From Escherichia phage 04086: 64,000 nucleotides of DNA. Shown piece by piece: positions 17,765 through 28,963 of the stretch. The notes beneath the pieces are model-generated. The model had not been told where the DNA came from and ran no database searches. It worked only from the letters and a program-made list of their open reading frames with translations. Position 1 is the stretch's first letter. Each line of letters begins with the position of its first letter. The DNA is taken from the sequence record OR842557. One strand, written 5' to 3'. The position numbers and the translations under genes are program-made.

Positions 17765-20700
17765 TTATGCTAAACGAACAATATAGTTAAAAGCAATGTT
17801 TTTAACCGTGTTTTCTGTATTACCTGTACTATTTATGGTAATGGTATGCCCATGTGAACCAATTGCTACTGAATGGGTGTGAGCACCAATACCTACTGAA
17901 TGGGTGTGAGCACCAATACCTACAGTATGCGCGTGGTTACCCGTAGCGCTAGTAGTTCCTGACCAACTATGAGTATGGGCACCGTCTGAAGAAGTTTTGG
18001 CCATATTCGATGCTGCAGTAGCACCGCTCACGGTTCCAGTGATTTTAGCGTTGGCGTTTGCACCTACACTATTATATCCGTCATAGAATATGTTATTGGG
18101 TACGCCGGCTTGCATCTGAGGGCCTGAACGCGCGTGTTGGTGTGCTCCGGCTGAACTGGTAGTACCACTCACTGTATGGTTATGGTTACCGGTGGTATTA
18201 CTGGTCTTAGTACCATAATCAAAGCTTGAAGATGTTTTAGTGCCATAATCAAAGCTTGATGTGGTTTTAGTACCCAAGTCAGTACTCGAAGCAGATGCGC
18301 CATGGTTATGAGACTTAATACCATCAGCTTCTGCACTCAACACTGCGCGGCCACTTGGTTTACCCTTGATAGTTTGTCCACGCATATCAGGAATAGTACC
18401 AGAAGGATATGCAACAGCAAGCTTAGGATAAGCACCTGTATCAAAGGTCTGACCTTCCATCAAAGCATAACCATTAGGAGGAGTATCCGTTGGCCATGGA
18501 ATTGGGGCTCCAATAGGATAACTTGAAACAATATCAGTTTTAAGTGATTCAATTGTACTGTTTAAGTTAGCAAAGTTACCAGAGCCACCGGTGATATTAC
18601 CATCAGTTCCTAAAGTTGCGGCACCTGCAATAATTTTACCAGGTACGCGGAAGTCACCGGTACGACGGAATTCCCAACTTATATCAGTTCCGGTAGTACT
18701 ATTGCCCTGGTGATAATGGACGCGGAAGTCTCCTTGAGAAATTAAGGTACCAATAGAATAAGTACTATCACCTTGTACGTAACGTTGTTTGACAATAGGA
18801 ATATATTCAGAAGGAGCAGTACGCTCTATATTCATATAAATCGGAGCTCTTACGTTTGCGTCATTCTGGGATGCAAATGAACCAGCTCCTGCTGGGCGTA
18901 CCGTATCAGTACATTCGGCCTCAATATATGTCGACTGCCCCAATTTCATTCTAAAATTGGCATTAATGCGAGAGTTACTGTTTATCGTAGTTAAAGCATT
19001 ATTTTGATCTACTATAAAAGAATCTCTTCCTAATCCAACCATACCATCGTTTAATCCTATTCTCACAGGTCTCAAAGAGCTGTGAATGTCTCCACTTTCG
19101 CCTTCATTTTGATTGGTTGGAAGAATATAAAAGTTACTTTCTGAACGACGGAAAATAGCGCCATATTCAGCATTCCAAATTCTTAATGCATCTGCTGTTC
19201 CACCAATTTTTACTTGTCCGGTAATAGAAGAACCACCTTGGACAAACAAACCGTTAGACATAGTAACATTGCCACCAAAAGAACCTGTACCGGAGGCACT
19301 TATATTTCCAAGGCCTATGATATGGTCTGTTTCAACAGCTCCGTTAAATTTAAAGTTAACTGGACCTACTGTTTGACCTGACGCAGGATTAGTACGTTGA
19401 GCGTAGAAATAATAACCTTGTGAATCTGAAACTTCGAATACAGTTTCTCTATTACCGCCACCTGTATTAAATGAATTACCCCACGCTTTAATAGATATAT
19501 AGTTTTTATTCTGTCCTGCGCGAGTACCAGCGCCCCACAGTATAGTTTTAGTGCCATCTAATGATGTAGGTGCATCAAGTTGAATACCGTCAGCTCTAGC
19601 CCCGGTAAGAAGTACCCCGTTATCAAATTTAATTCTTTGAATAGAAGAAATAGTGCCGTCAGCATAAAGCTGTACATTATTAGCGGCGGTTACCAGTTTA
19701 AGAATACCTGGGTTAAGTTCCATGCCTTCTTGGGTGTTAATATTGGTTTGACCTCTACCGCGGAAATAGTGCGACATTTTTCCGCCAGAGTTATAACCAA
19801 TATGCGTCTGACCATCGCCAGCTGTATTCCCGTCAGCCTGAGTTTGAGCTGATAAAAATGCAGCATTGGTTCCAGGCATAATCCATGTGGTGCCTTGGTC
19901 TTCTGAACGACCAAATAAACCTTTACGAGTACTACGGAAACTATCTGGAGTAATAGAAGCAACTGAATTCCCTGAACCAACTAAATCATAAACACCGGTT
20001 TTTTTGTATGACAGCCCCGTCCCGTTATCGCCTAGAGCTAAATAAACACCGAATCCTAAAGCGGCACCATTACCATAGTCGCTTGACGGGTATCCTTCAG
20101 TCACAGTACCAATGGCCAAGCTATTGCGAACAATCATTCTGCCGTCATTACGAATACCATATAGTTTATATGTTGGTGTATTACCAGACCACCAAGAAAC
20201 CTCATCAGCTTGGCCTAATTGGGCCGTACAAATTTCATGATACATTGTACCACCAGACTTGGCGCGAACTTTACGAAGATAGTTTACACCATTCGTTTCG
20301 CCTGTGCCTGGGTATGTATATTTAACTAATGAATCAGTGTCATATACACCAAATGCTTTGGCATCGTGAATAACTGTATCAGCTGCAATGCGTTTTGTTA
20401 ATAACGCATCCGAAGCTAAAATACGGTTAGCCTGAAATTCACCGCCGTTTATAGAACGGAAATAGAATTCACTATTAGCAGTGCCTTCTGTCCCCTGTTT
20501 AAGCCTAATGCGTAATTCACCAGCATTTGTAGTTTGAGGGCGAGTATATATAACACCACGTTCAGTGCCATCGGCATTTTCAAACCAAAGGTGGGCATTT
20601 GACGTATCGTTTGTTGCTCTTGAATAAAACGAACCCTGTAATGCTCTAAAAGTTTGAGCCGAAATACTCGTGCCTGCTGTAATCGACCCGCTTGTGGAAA

Positions 20701-20938
20701 AGTTTCCAAAATTGTTTAATGGGCCATTAATGCGTAAAGTTCCAGTAATAGTTACATCGCCATCAACTTGTCCACCTTTTGCAAAGCCCAAATCAATAAT
20801 CTGTCCCTGGTCGGACTTGGTAAAAATAGTGCGGTCACGCAAGTTAATAGCCAGTTCGCCTTCATCTAACTGAGCTGCAGTAGGCTTGGCTCCTGGTGTT
20901 TTACTTCTTTTAAATTGTATCGATTTTAAAGTAGCCAT
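17765..20938 (-). CDS. 37: Long tail fibre distal subunit gp37 (1057 aa)
   Basis: Size, position, and C-terminal His-rich HxH repeats ([24 protein letters not shown]) typical of T4-type gp37 tip. Confidence 0.95.
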   Translation of the reverse strand: MATLKSIQFKRSKTPGAKPTAAQLDEGELAINLRDRTIFTKSDQGQIIDLGFAKGGQVDGDVTITGTLRINGPLNNFGNFSTSGSITAGTSISAQTFRALQGSFYSRATNDTSNAHLWFENADGTERGVIYTRPQTTNAGELRIRLKQGTEGTANSEFYFRSINGGEFQANRILASDALLTKRIAADTVIHDAKAFGVYDTDSLVKYTYPGTGETNGVNYLRKVRAKSGGTMYHEICTAQLGQADEVSWWSGNTPTYKLYGIRNDGRMIVRNSLAIGTVTEGYPSSDYGNGAALGFGVYLALGDNGTGLSYKKTGVYDLVGSGNSVASITPDSFRSTRKGLFGRSEDQGTTWIMPGTNAAFLSAQTQADGNTAGDGQTHIGYNSGGKMSHYFRGRGQTNINTQEGMELNPGILKLVTAANNVQLYADGTISSIQRIKFDNGVLLTGARADGIQLDAPTSLDGTKTILWGAGTRAGQNKNYISIKAWGNSFNTGGGNRETVFEVSDSQGYYFYAQRTNPASGQTVGPVNFKFNGAVETDHIIGLGNISASGTGSFGGNVTMSNGLFVQGGSSITGQVKIGGTADALRIWNAEYGAIFRRSESNFYILPTNQNEGESGDIHSSLRPVRIGLNDGMVGLGRDSFIVDQNNALTTINSNSRINANFRMKLGQSTYIEAECTDTVRPAGAGSFASQNDANVRAPIYMNIERTAPSEYIPIVKQRYVQGDSTYSIGTLISQGDFRVHYHQGNSTTGTDISWEFRRTGDFRVPGKIIAGAATLGTDGNITGGSGNFANLNSTIESLKTDIVSSYPIGAPIPWPTDTPPNGYALMEGQTFDTGAYPKLAVAYPSGTIPDMRGQTIKGKPSGRAVLSAEADGIKSHNHGASASSTDLGTKTTSSFDYGTKTSSSFDYGTKTSNTTGNHNHTVSGTTSSAGAHQHARSGPQMQAGVPNNIFYDGYNSVGANANAKITGTVSGATAASNMAKTSSDGAHTHSWSGTTSATGNHAHTVGIGAHTHSVGIGAHTHSVAIGSHGHTITINSTGNTENTVKNIAFNYIVRLA

Positions 20939-20946
20939 AATGCCTC

Positions 20947-21606
20947 TTAATAATATCCAAAATCTTCAGATGTACCTCTAAGAACAACCTGGTCAATACG
21001 AGGAACGTGTTCGTTCAATGTTCCTGGGTTCCTAGATATGAAATTCGGGGCTGAAAGAACACCAGCCATAGATTGTATGTTACTATTATTTATTTGGACC
21101 TGTTTTGCGTTATCCACATCACTTAACCCAACTTGGGCTTTTGTCGGAGCATTCCCTGGAGAAAATACGCGACCTGATTCGTCTTTAATTTGACGACCAA
21201 GGATATCACCCATTACTGTAAGACGGTTAGCTCCTACTGTAGTGGTAGGGTCAAAGATTATAAATGGTGTCCCATCTGCCGTTTCAAGTCCCATACCTTT
21301 ACTCATTCTAAATGAGAAAGAATACGTAGATGACATTGGGGTTGTATTGGTTTTTCTACCTAATTTAACCCAGTATCCATCAGAATCTTTAAATTGTAGG
21401 TCTTTATCAAAGTTTACTGTACCTAAATAATTCCCACCATTAGCTTTAGAAACAAAGTCATTATCTGTAGCTTGAGGCTTATTAAATTCGGTATAGATTT
21501 TGTAGGTCTTATATAAAATATCATTTGATACCGGCGTCAGCGGAAAGTTACCTTGGTGCCATATAACGGAACCTCCGGTTGTTGAGCCTAATTTTAAATC
21601 AGCCAT
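20947..21606 (-). CDS. 36: Long tail fibre distal connector gp36 (219 aa)
   Basis: Size and position between 35 and 37; N-terminal [23 protein letters not shown]. Confidence 0.9.
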   Translation of the reverse strand: MADLKLGSTTGGSVIWHQGNFPLTPVSNDILYKTYKIYTEFNKPQATDNDFVSKANGGNYLGTVNFDKDLQFKDSDGYWVKLGRKTNTTPMSSTYSFSFRMSKGMGLETADGTPFIIFDPTTTVGANRLTVMGDILGRQIKDESGRVFSPGNAPTKAQVGLSDVDNAKQVQINNSNIQSMAGVLSAPNFISRNPGTLNEHVPRIDQVVLRGTSEDFGYY

Positions 21607-21631
21607 AGTTATTCCTCTTTATTAGATAACG

Positions 21632-21639
21632 TATTTATA
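21632..21639 (-). promoter_or_regulatory. Late promoter (TATAAATA) upstream of gene 36
   Basis: Reverse complement of 21632-21639 is TATAAATA; lies between terminator hairpin and gene 36 start. Confidence 0.6.
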
Positions 21640-21641
21640 GC

Positions 21642-21663
21642 AAAAAGGGACCTTAAGGTCCCT
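21642..21663 (-). terminator. Rho-independent terminator after gene 35
   Basis: GGGACCTTAAGGTCCC hairpin followed on - strand by T-run. Confidence 0.55.
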
Positions 21664-22787
21664 TAATATTTTTCTTTAAATTCTTGAACAAATACCTTAC
21701 CTGCGTTACCAGATGATTTGTCATTCAATTGTGCAATAACATTACCCATTGAACGGGTTTCGGTACCATAGCTCATACGAATACCATTAACACCAATTTC
21801 AGCGGATTTAGGAGTATCTTCAGGTCTAGCTATTTCACCAAACATAACATTCCTAACACCTCCTACTCCGCCTGAGACAGTTTTTCTACAATATAATGTA
21901 AAACCATTGGCATTCGGCGGAACTTCTATTACTCGCTCAAAAGACATCCATGCACCCGCCGGTGGAGAGCCAGCTCCTACAGGAATATTGATATCAGTGG
22001 ATTGAAGCATTTCCTGGCCATTAAAAAATCGTATGGACATCTGGGTTGTCCCTAAATCTTTTAAAGCCTGGTCGTAGGTCATTTGGAATTTAAGATAAAA
22101 GAAATCTCCAGGGACCATATTGTAATCAGCACAAGGAGTTATGGTGGATTCGGTAGGAAACCTTTTAATTTCTTGAGTAGCTCCGCTATAATAAGTGTTT
22201 TCATCTTCAACAATACGAACAGGGAATCCGGTTCCTCCTACATCATTAAAGTTATCATAAACGACTTCTAATGGGGTGGAAACGTCTTCTACCAAAACGC
22301 CGTCATTATAAAGAACGTGTTCCATTACAATGGCATTTCTTCCTGAAACATAAAAAGCTGAATAAGAAGTATCCACTTTATCAATGAGCCACTTATCCGG
22401 GAACGCTGTAGAACCTGAAGCTCTAAACCAATCAATTAATATCTGTGAGGCGTTTAATTTACCAGAAGAAATAAAACAAACAATTCTCCCAGCAGGTATA
22501 GAAGAAATATAAGTTATAAACGCTTGGGAAATAACATCATGGTCTTTGGTAAAGGCATATGATTTTGTAGACACTATTGTGTTATTGGTTGGGTCTATTT
22601 CAACCAAATTTAGGCCAGATTGGAAATTCTGAGGACCGAAGTCCTCATCTTGAAATTTGATATAAGCCTTTTTAGTGGACTTAGTACAGCTCCCTGCTAT
22701 ACTAAGTTTATAACTAACGGCATTATTTTCAGATAGTACAGGAATTTGAACGTAATCTTGTCCAAATTCAGCCATAAATCTTTCCAT
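21663..22787 (-). CDS. 35: Long tail fibre hinge protein gp35 (374 aa)
   Basis: Size (T4 gp35 372 aa) and position between 34 and 36. Confidence 0.85.
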   Translation of the reverse strand: MERFMAEFGQDYVQIPVLSENNAVSYKLSIAGSCTKSTKKAYIKFQDEDFGPQNFQSGLNLVEIDPTNNTIVSTKSYAFTKDHDVISQAFITYISSIPAGRIVCFISSGKLNASQILIDWFRASGSTAFPDKWLIDKVDTSYSAFYVSGRNAIVMEHVLYNDGVLVEDVSTPLEVVYDNFNDVGGTGFPVRIVEDENTYYSGATQEIKRFPTESTITPCADYNMVPGDFFYLKFQMTYDQALKDLGTTQMSIRFFNGQEMLQSTDINIPVGAGSPPAGAWMSFERVIEVPPNANGFTLYCRKTVSGGVGGVRNVMFGEIARPEDTPKSAEIGVNGIRMSYGTETRSMGNVIAQLNDKSSGNAGKVFVQEFKEKY

Positions 22788-22795
22788 ATTACCTC

Positions 22796-25700
22796 TTATG
22801 GTGTATCAATCCATTCGAATTTAACAGAACGAGTTACCGGGTCCGGAACTATACGAACGTTACCAATACGTAACCAATCACGAATGGTCAAGTTACTCAT
22901 TGAAGCGTTGTCTGAAGGCAAAGCACCGATATCAGACGGCTGCGGTGGGTTACCACCATCAAATACCTGAACAAATCCAGACCAAGCATTTTTATTTTGC
23001 TGCCAAGTACGAGTCCAACGAGTGGTGCTTCCGTCTGCAGTATTTGGATAGGTAATCCAATCTTGGTAAAGTGAATTCAGGGTGTTACCAAACTGAGTTA
23101 ACGTACCGGGCGATTTAACTTCTTCACCGCGGACCAGATACGGCAGTCCAGTTACTTCGTTGGTCTTTTCAACCATTTTAAAATAACCTGGGAACTGGTT
23201 ATATGTGGCTGAATCATTAACGTCAACAGACCAAAACCCGGTGTTATCGGCATTTGGTTTTCTCGAATAAAGGTCAGCGGGTTTAGTACCTTGCGAACGA
23301 ATTCTCGAGTTAACTGTTAAACCACCCAAATTTATAGTAGCACCTTTGGCAATGATTAAGCTTTCACCAATCGTTACTTGGCCAGATGTATTACTAATAG
23401 CTAATGGTCTTAATCCGTTAAAGCCACCAGTCTGGTCATTTGCATTTGTAAGCATGAAATAGATGTTCGAGTTATCATTACGAATAAAGAACCCGTACTG
23501 TCCACTAATAGCTCTAAATGCGTTTGCACTATAGGTTATAAATTCACCCTGTGCAGTCACTGAACGTCCAAATGTTGCCACCCCATTAGCATTCAATGTT
23601 CCGGATGCATTAACGTTAATCGGTTGAACTGTGCCGTTGATACTAAAAGTAATATTACCAAGATTATTCCGTTGAGAATAAAAATGGTTGGATGTTTCAT
23701 CGCCAACTTCAAATATCGTAGAACGACTTGTATCAGAACCACCAGCGAATTGGTTACCCCATACTCGGATATTCATGGTTTGAAACGGGTTATTTCCAGT
23801 TTGTGGTCCTTTTTCAAATATCAAACGAGTTGAAGCACCTGTATTACGAATAGTAAATGTAGAATTAGCAGCTAAAGAACCACCAAACTCACCTGTACCA
23901 CCTGTAGCCAATTGGCCATCCACTCTGATGTTTTTACGAAGGGTTAATGTTCCTTCAACTATTTGGTCGATATCTCTCCTGACAAACTGAGAGCTATCCA
24001 GATTGTCCAATTTATCGGAGTCAAAAGCCTTACCTTTAATCGGAAGATAGTGAGTTAATGCGGTGTTCATCTGAAATGGTGAAATAGCAAAACCATCGTC
24101 TTCAAATTTAGCCAGGTTGGCAACCGAACCATTAGTATCGTCACCTTCCCAAGTGGCCGTACCTGTGGTTAATTTAACATATCCTCTACGAGCAGAAGTA
24201 GCTTCCCAGGATTTTTCCTGTTGGACGATATATTTGTAATGCTTGGGACTAAACGCTTTATTACTTACCGTACCAACAATAACTTCGGCCTGAGTAGCGA
24301 GTTGGATAATACCTTCAGCGTTTTCGGTAGCCTTTTTAGCTTGAAGCTTAAGTGGAGTGATGATTGTTTTGTCATCAATACCGGTATTAACTTCAGTTTG
24401 GGTAGCCAAACGAGCCGTACCACGTTGAGTATTACTTGCTTCACGGATATCTAGTGTATAATGGTTCCATAAGGTTCCTGTTTCAATCAAACCACTGGCT
24501 GCTGAGACAGAAGTTCTAGCAGTATCATTAAATCTTGTTTTAACTTTCAACGGAGTTGAAATAACATTATCTAATACACCTGCATCAAATTCTACTTGAG
24601 TACCAATACGAGCAATACCAGTAAGTGTTTGAGTAGCATTCCTGTCATTTAACGTCTTAGGCGTTACCGCACGAGTATAATCAGTTCCAGCATCAGTCTC
24701 TGTTTGCGTAGCAATTTCAATTAAACCGTGATTAGTATCAGTAGCACGACGAGCACCTAATGTTTCAGGTGTAACAACTGAGTTACTAAAACCTAGGTTA
24801 GTAGCACCGGCGTTAACTTCGGCTTGCGTAGCAAGATATACAGCACCTTGGTTCTCATAGTTAGCTTTATATTGGTCCAAAGCTTTAGGAGAAATAACTA
24901 AAGTAGTTGTGTTCTTATTATAAACGTTAGTACCTACAGTTGCTCTAGAAGTCGCAGGAGTGGTTCCAGTGGTGGATACGTATTTTACTATACCTGACAG
25001 GCTTTCAGTTCCCTGGCGCGTCTGTAGCTTCTTAGGAGTGATAATGGTTGTATCATCAACACCTGCATCAGTTTCCTGTTGCGTAGCAATTTCAGCGACA
25101 CCACGACGGGTTTCGGTAGCAGTACGTTCGTTTAATTTCTTAGGAGAAATAATCAAATCGTCCTGGAATGCAAATCCAGTATTCTGGTTTACCTGAGCAG
25201 TTGTAGCAATACGGGCAATACCACGACGTGATTCAGTCGCTACACGATTGGCTAAAGTCTGCGGAGTAATTGCAAGTTCTTTTTCAGGATTATTTTCGTG
25301 GTCGACGTTTGCTTGGGTCTGTGACGCCAGAGCAATAACACCTAGACGAGCACGGGTTAAATCATCCTTAGAATCCACACGTTCTACAGTAGGAACGTTC
25401 TGAGCAACAACCCAATATTTGCCACCTGTAGTGATGTCTTCGATATAACTCAGTTCAATAACCGGAGTATAACTTAAGTTACCATTGAAGGTCAATACAT
25501 CATTCAACACCCATTCGGTATCCGGCGGATATTCAGAACGTTTAGGGAACTGGAGCAATTGAACCGAAGAAGCTATTTTATCTCCTACAGAAGCCTTAAT
25601 ATTTACCGTCTGAGCTTTACGGAGATAGTTCAGAGCAATCTTAACGACATCACCCTGGGCTACGCTTGTGGGTAACGTGATATTAATGGTTTGTGGAGTT

Positions 25701-26695
25701 GTATTATTAGGGCCAAAAACAATAACACTTTCGTTAGCCAAGAGCTCAACATCGTCACGAATTACACGTAAACGAGTTTGACGGTCGCCGTCCCAAACAT
25801 ACCATAATTTTTCGGTAGAGTTATAAACAAAGAATCCATCACCGGAGGTACGGAATTCCATGCTATGCTGACCAAGCTTACCTAATGAAGATGAAGCATC
25901 AAACGTTTCAACGATTAAGTGGAATTTACTTCCTAAACCATCGATATCAACGGTTTTAATCATATCACCTTGGTTTGCATACTTAGGAAGAGTAAACTTA
26001 ATTACTGCACCTGAAGTATAACGACGAAGAACGTTATCACCTGCTTGAGACTGGAATTGTGCGGTGTTAGGTTCTACACGGATACCACGTTCTTCGTTAC
26101 CCGATTCCCAGAAATGCCAAAGACGGTTAGCAAAGATAAGCATGTTATAAGAAAAAGGCTTAGTTATCAGGGTTTCAGAGAACTGATTACCAAAACGAAC
26201 AATTTTCTGATTGCCACCACCAGGAGCAGAACTAGATTGGACCTTGATTTCGTTATAACCTACGCGACCACCAATATCCTTGATTACGATGGTATCACCA
26301 TCAGTAGGGTTAGGAGGCAGGGTAAATGTAGTAAAGCTAGCAGCAGAATCCACCGCAATATATTCACCGGAAGCCAGCTGGCGTGTAGGAGACGCTACAG
26401 TAATCCATTTAGGGTCAGTACGGGTAGCGGTCCAATAACCCGGTACAAAGGTTCCTGCAGGAGCATCGATATCACGTTGAGCAACCCAGATACGTTGGTC
26501 ATGGATTACTGCAAACCCATTCTTATATCCTCGCGTCTCGTCGTACGCCTGGATGGTGTTCTCATCTATAAAGAATTCAACGTTGACGCCATCATCTAAT
26601 ACATTGTAATCGGCTTTGGCAACATTGATAACTTTCTCGCCCGCAGCATCGAGTCCGGATGTAGCACGGAATGCAGGTTTTAAAATATCAGCCAT
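22796..26695 (-). CDS. 34: Long tail fibre proximal subunit gp34 (1299 aa)
   Basis: Size (T4 gp34 1289 aa), position, repetitive beta-rich sequence. Confidence 0.9.
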   Translation of the reverse strand: MADILKPAFRATSGLDAAGEKVINVAKADYNVLDDGVNVEFFIDENTIQAYDETRGYKNGFAVIHDQRIWVAQRDIDAPAGTFVPGYWTATRTDPKWITVASPTRQLASGEYIAVDSAASFTTFTLPPNPTDGDTIVIKDIGGRVGYNEIKVQSSSAPGGGNQKIVRFGNQFSETLITKPFSYNMLIFANRLWHFWESGNEERGIRVEPNTAQFQSQAGDNVLRRYTSGAVIKFTLPKYANQGDMIKTVDIDGLGSKFHLIVETFDASSSLGKLGQHSMEFRTSGDGFFVYNSTEKLWYVWDGDRQTRLRVIRDDVELLANESVIVFGPNNTTPQTINITLPTSVAQGDVVKIALNYLRKAQTVNIKASVGDKIASSVQLLQFPKRSEYPPDTEWVLNDVLTFNGNLSYTPVIELSYIEDITTGGKYWVVAQNVPTVERVDSKDDLTRARLGVIALASQTQANVDHENNPEKELAITPQTLANRVATESRRGIARIATTAQVNQNTGFAFQDDLIISPKKLNERTATETRRGVAEIATQQETDAGVDDTTIITPKKLQTRQGTESLSGIVKYVSTTGTTPATSRATVGTNVYNKNTTTLVISPKALDQYKANYENQGAVYLATQAEVNAGATNLGFSNSVVTPETLGARRATDTNHGLIEIATQTETDAGTDYTRAVTPKTLNDRNATQTLTGIARIGTQVEFDAGVLDNVISTPLKVKTRFNDTARTSVSAASGLIETGTLWNHYTLDIREASNTQRGTARLATQTEVNTGIDDKTIITPLKLQAKKATENAEGIIQLATQAEVIVGTVSNKAFSPKHYKYIVQQEKSWEATSARRGYVKLTTGTATWEGDDTNGSVANLAKFEDDGFAISPFQMNTALTHYLPIKGKAFDSDKLDNLDSSQFVRRDIDQIVEGTLTLRKNIRVDGQLATGGTGEFGGSLAANSTFTIRNTGASTRLIFEKGPQTGNNPFQTMNIRVWGNQFAGGSDTSRSTIFEVGDETSNHFYSQRNNLGNITFSINGTVQPINVNASGTLNANGVATFGRSVTAQGEFITYSANAFRAISGQYGFFIRNDNSNIYFMLTNANDQTGGFNGLRPLAISNTSGQVTIGESLIIAKGATINLGGLTVNSRIRSQGTKPADLYSRKPNADNTGFWSVDVNDSATYNQFPGYFKMVEKTNEVTGLPYLVRGEEVKSPGTLTQFGNTLNSLYQDWITYPNTADGSTTRWTRTWQQNKNAWSGFVQVFDGGNPPQPSDIGALPSDNASMSNLTIRDWLRIGNVRIVPDPVTRSVKFEWIDTP

Positions 26696-26727
26696 TTTAT
26701 TTCCTTTTCGTTTTCAGGGTATAGAAC

Positions 26728-26735
26728 TATTTATA
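26728..26735 (-). promoter_or_regulatory. Late promoter (TATAAATA) for gene 34
   Basis: Reverse complement of 26728-26735 is TATAAATA about 30 nt upstream of gene 34 start codon. Confidence 0.65.
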
Positions 26736-26742
26736 GCAAAGT

Positions 26743-26800
26743 GTTTACTTCTTCTAGGGTCATGATATAATGAACCTCTACACTAATTGGACAGAGGTTC
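26743..26800 (+). promoter_or_regulatory. Early promoter with stem-loop, divergent from the gene 34 late promoter
   Basis: GTTTAC 26743-26748, 17 bp, TATAAT 26766-26771; inverted repeat GAACCTCT / AGAGGTTC ends at the rnh start. Confidence 0.6.
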
Positions 26801-26802
26801 AT

Positions 26803-27750
26803 ATGAACGATTTAGATTTTTTACTTCCTGAAGAAGACCAACAAAAAGATGGATTCTTGTTGTTAGACTTTAGCCAAATCATTATGGCTGCAGCTTTCCA
26901 AGAGTTTGGTGAGAATGCTGGATTTCCTAAAGTAACTACAGCAATGCTTCGACATCTCGTGTTGAATTCAATTAAGAAAAACATTAAAGACTTTAAAAAA
27001 CAAGGTTACAACCAATTAATCATTTGTGTTGATAACTCCAAATCAGGTTATTGGCGTCGTCGTTATTCTTCTTATTATAAGAAAAACCGTGCTAAGGCTC
27101 GTGATGAATCACCATTTGACTGGGAAGGCTTATTCACAGCAATGCACATTATTGTTGATGAACTGGAACAAAACATGCCTTATATTGTTATGAATATCGA
27201 TACAATCGAGGCTGATGACCATATTGCTGTATTGACTCGCATCCTCACGGCTTTAGGCCATCCTGTTATGATCGGTTCTTCGGATGGTGACTTTACCCAA
27301 CTTCATAAATTCCCTGGGGTAAAACAATGGTCTCCAATGCAGAAAAAATTCGTCAAAACGAAATCTGGCGATGCCTTGCTTGATTGTGTAACTAAAGTAG
27401 TTAAAGGCGACCGCAAGGATAACGTTGCAAGTATTAAAGTTCGTGGTGATTATTGGTTGACAATGGTTGAAGGCGAACGTACTCCTAGCACTCGTGCCAA
27501 GGAACTTGAAGCAATTGCTCTTAATTATTATGACCATGATATAATTAAAACACTTCTTACTGAAGAACAATATGAACGTTTCTGTGAAAACCAAATCTTA
27601 ATTGATATGGACTTTATTCCAGATGATATTGTTGCTTTAATTACTGAAAGATATAATACGTATAACAAACCTTCGAAATCTAAAGTTTATCCTTATTTCG
27701 TTAAATCTGGTTTGTCTAAACTAACCGCTACAGTAGCTGATTTTTATTAA
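26803..27750 (+). CDS. rnh: RNase H / 5'-3' exonuclease (FEN family, about 315 aa)
   Basis: Recalled similarity to T4 RNase H (CIDNSKSGYWRR, YYKKNR, SSDGDFTQLHK, QWSPM). ATG at 26803 chosen because the upstream ATG at 26770 lies inside the -10. Confidence 0.9.
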   Translation: MNDLDFLLPEEDQQKDGFLLLDFSQIIMAAAFQEFGENAGFPKVTTAMLRHLVLNSIKKNIKDFKKQGYNQLIICVDNSKSGYWRRRYSSYYKKNRAKARDESPFDWEGLFTAMHIIVDELEQNMPYIVMNIDTIEADDHIAVLTRILTALGHPVMIGSSDGDFTQLHKFPGVKQWSPMQKKFVKTKSGDALLDCVTKVVKGDRKDNVASIKVRGDYWLTMVEGERTPSTRAKELEAIALNYYDHDIIKTLLTEEQYERFCENQILIDMDFIPDDIVALITERYNTYNKPSKSKVYPYFVKSGLSKLTATVADFY

Positions 27751-27751
27751 G

Positions 27752-28030
27752 GTGAATATAATGGCTAAAGAAAAAGTGAAAGTTGAATTCAATCAAGAAG
27801 AACATGGTAACACATTGGCACAACTGATTAAGTCTGCTTCCGATACTAAATTAAAAATGGAAGCCTACGGTGACGAAATTAAAGATATCAAAGACCGCGC
27901 TAAGACTGAACTTGGTGTAGACGGTAAAATGTTTAACCAACTGTTCTCACTGTATCATAAAGGCACTCGTGAACGTTTCGAAGATGAAAAAACTGAAGTG
28001 GTAGAACTGTATGACACAATCTTTGAATGA
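27752..28030 (+). CDS. dsbA: dsDNA-binding late transcription enhancer DsbA (92 aa)
   Basis: Size and position between rnh and 33 as in T4. Confidence 0.7.
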   Translation: MNIMAKEKVKVEFNQEEHGNTLAQLIKSASDTKLKMEAYGDEIKDIKDRAKTELGVDGKMFNQLFSLYHKGTRERFEDEKTEVVELYDTIFE

Positions 28031-28313
28031 TTTTGATGGAGCGGTTAATACCGCTTCCGAACCTGTCCATGTATTGGTAAATAAACAACAGAATGGCCTT
28101 GATATTGAGGCCTTTGTTGAGGCTGAAGGTTGTAGTTACCTCGAAGCGGCTACCGCATGGTTGGAAGAGAACAGCATCCCTGAAGGTAACTTTGCTCGTT
28201 ATTTGCCTGCAGGAATTATTGATAAAATTATGAACGAAGCCATTGATGATAACTTGCTTCGACCTTCAATGGCCCGAACGCAAAAGACTAATACCCTGGA
28301 TTTCTTGTTATGA
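28011..28313 (+). CDS. 33: Late transcription co-activator gp33 (100 aa)
   Basis: Size and position between dsbA and 59. Confidence 0.7.
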   Translation: MTQSLNDFDGAVNTASEPVHVLVNKQQNGLDIEAFVEAEGCSYLEAATAWLEENSIPEGNFARYLPAGIIDKIMNEAIDDNLLRPSMARTQKTNTLDFLL

Positions 28314-28963
28314 TTAAGATTCGCATGCCACCAAACAATAACCGTATGGTGAACGGCAAAAGTGTATATTCCCTATACTTAATGCTCAAACATCACTTCA
28401 ATGCCAAATACGACGTTATCAAATATAACTGGGTCATGCGAATCTCTGATACGGCTTATCAAAAACGTCGTGACAAATATTTCTTTGAGAAATTGAGTGA
28501 TAAATACACTTTGAAAGAGCTTGCTCTTATCTTCATGAGTAACTTGGTGGCTAACCAGGATGCATGGATTGGCGACATCAGTGATGCTGACGCCTTAGTC
28601 TTTTACCGAGAATATATCGGTAGACTTAAAAGAATAAAACAAGTTTTTGAGGATGATATCAAAAACATTTATTATTTTAGTAAGAAAGTGGAAGTTAAAG
28701 CGCTTTCTGAAATTTTTGATTATAATAAAAAAGTTAACTCGAGCTATATTTTTAAGCTCCTTCAATCGAATGTTATTTCATTCGAAACGTTTATTTTGCT
28801 TGACAGTTTTCTCAATATAATTGATAAGCATGATGAACAGACCAACGATTTAGTGTGGTCTAAATACTCCACCAAGTTAAATGCTTATAAGAAAATTCTT
28901 ATAATAGATGCTGTAGAGGCAAGAAAATTATTCATTGAGACTATTAAGAGTTGTCAATTTTGA
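28310..28963 (+). CDS. 59: Helicase loader gp59 (217 aa)
   Basis: Strong recalled similarity to T4 gp59 (KYDVIKYNW, QKRRDKYFF, LVANQDAWIGDISDADALVFYREYIGRLK). Confidence 0.95.
   Translation: MIKIRMPPNNNRMVNGKSVYSLYLMLKHHFNAKYDVIKYNWVMRISDTAYQKRRDKYFFEKLSDKYTLKELALIFMSNLVANQDAWIGDISDADALVFYREYIGRLKRIKQVFEDDIKNIYYFSKKVEVKALSEIFDYNKKVNSSYIFKLLQSNVISFETFILLDSFLNIIDKHDEQTNDLVWSKYSTKLNAYKKILIIDAVEARKLFIETIKSCQF

Noticed and set aside
26770-26802. Upstream ATG at 26770 as the rnh start
   Set aside because: It lies within the -10 of the early promoter, so would not be on the transcript; the ATG at 26803 has a ribosome binding site.
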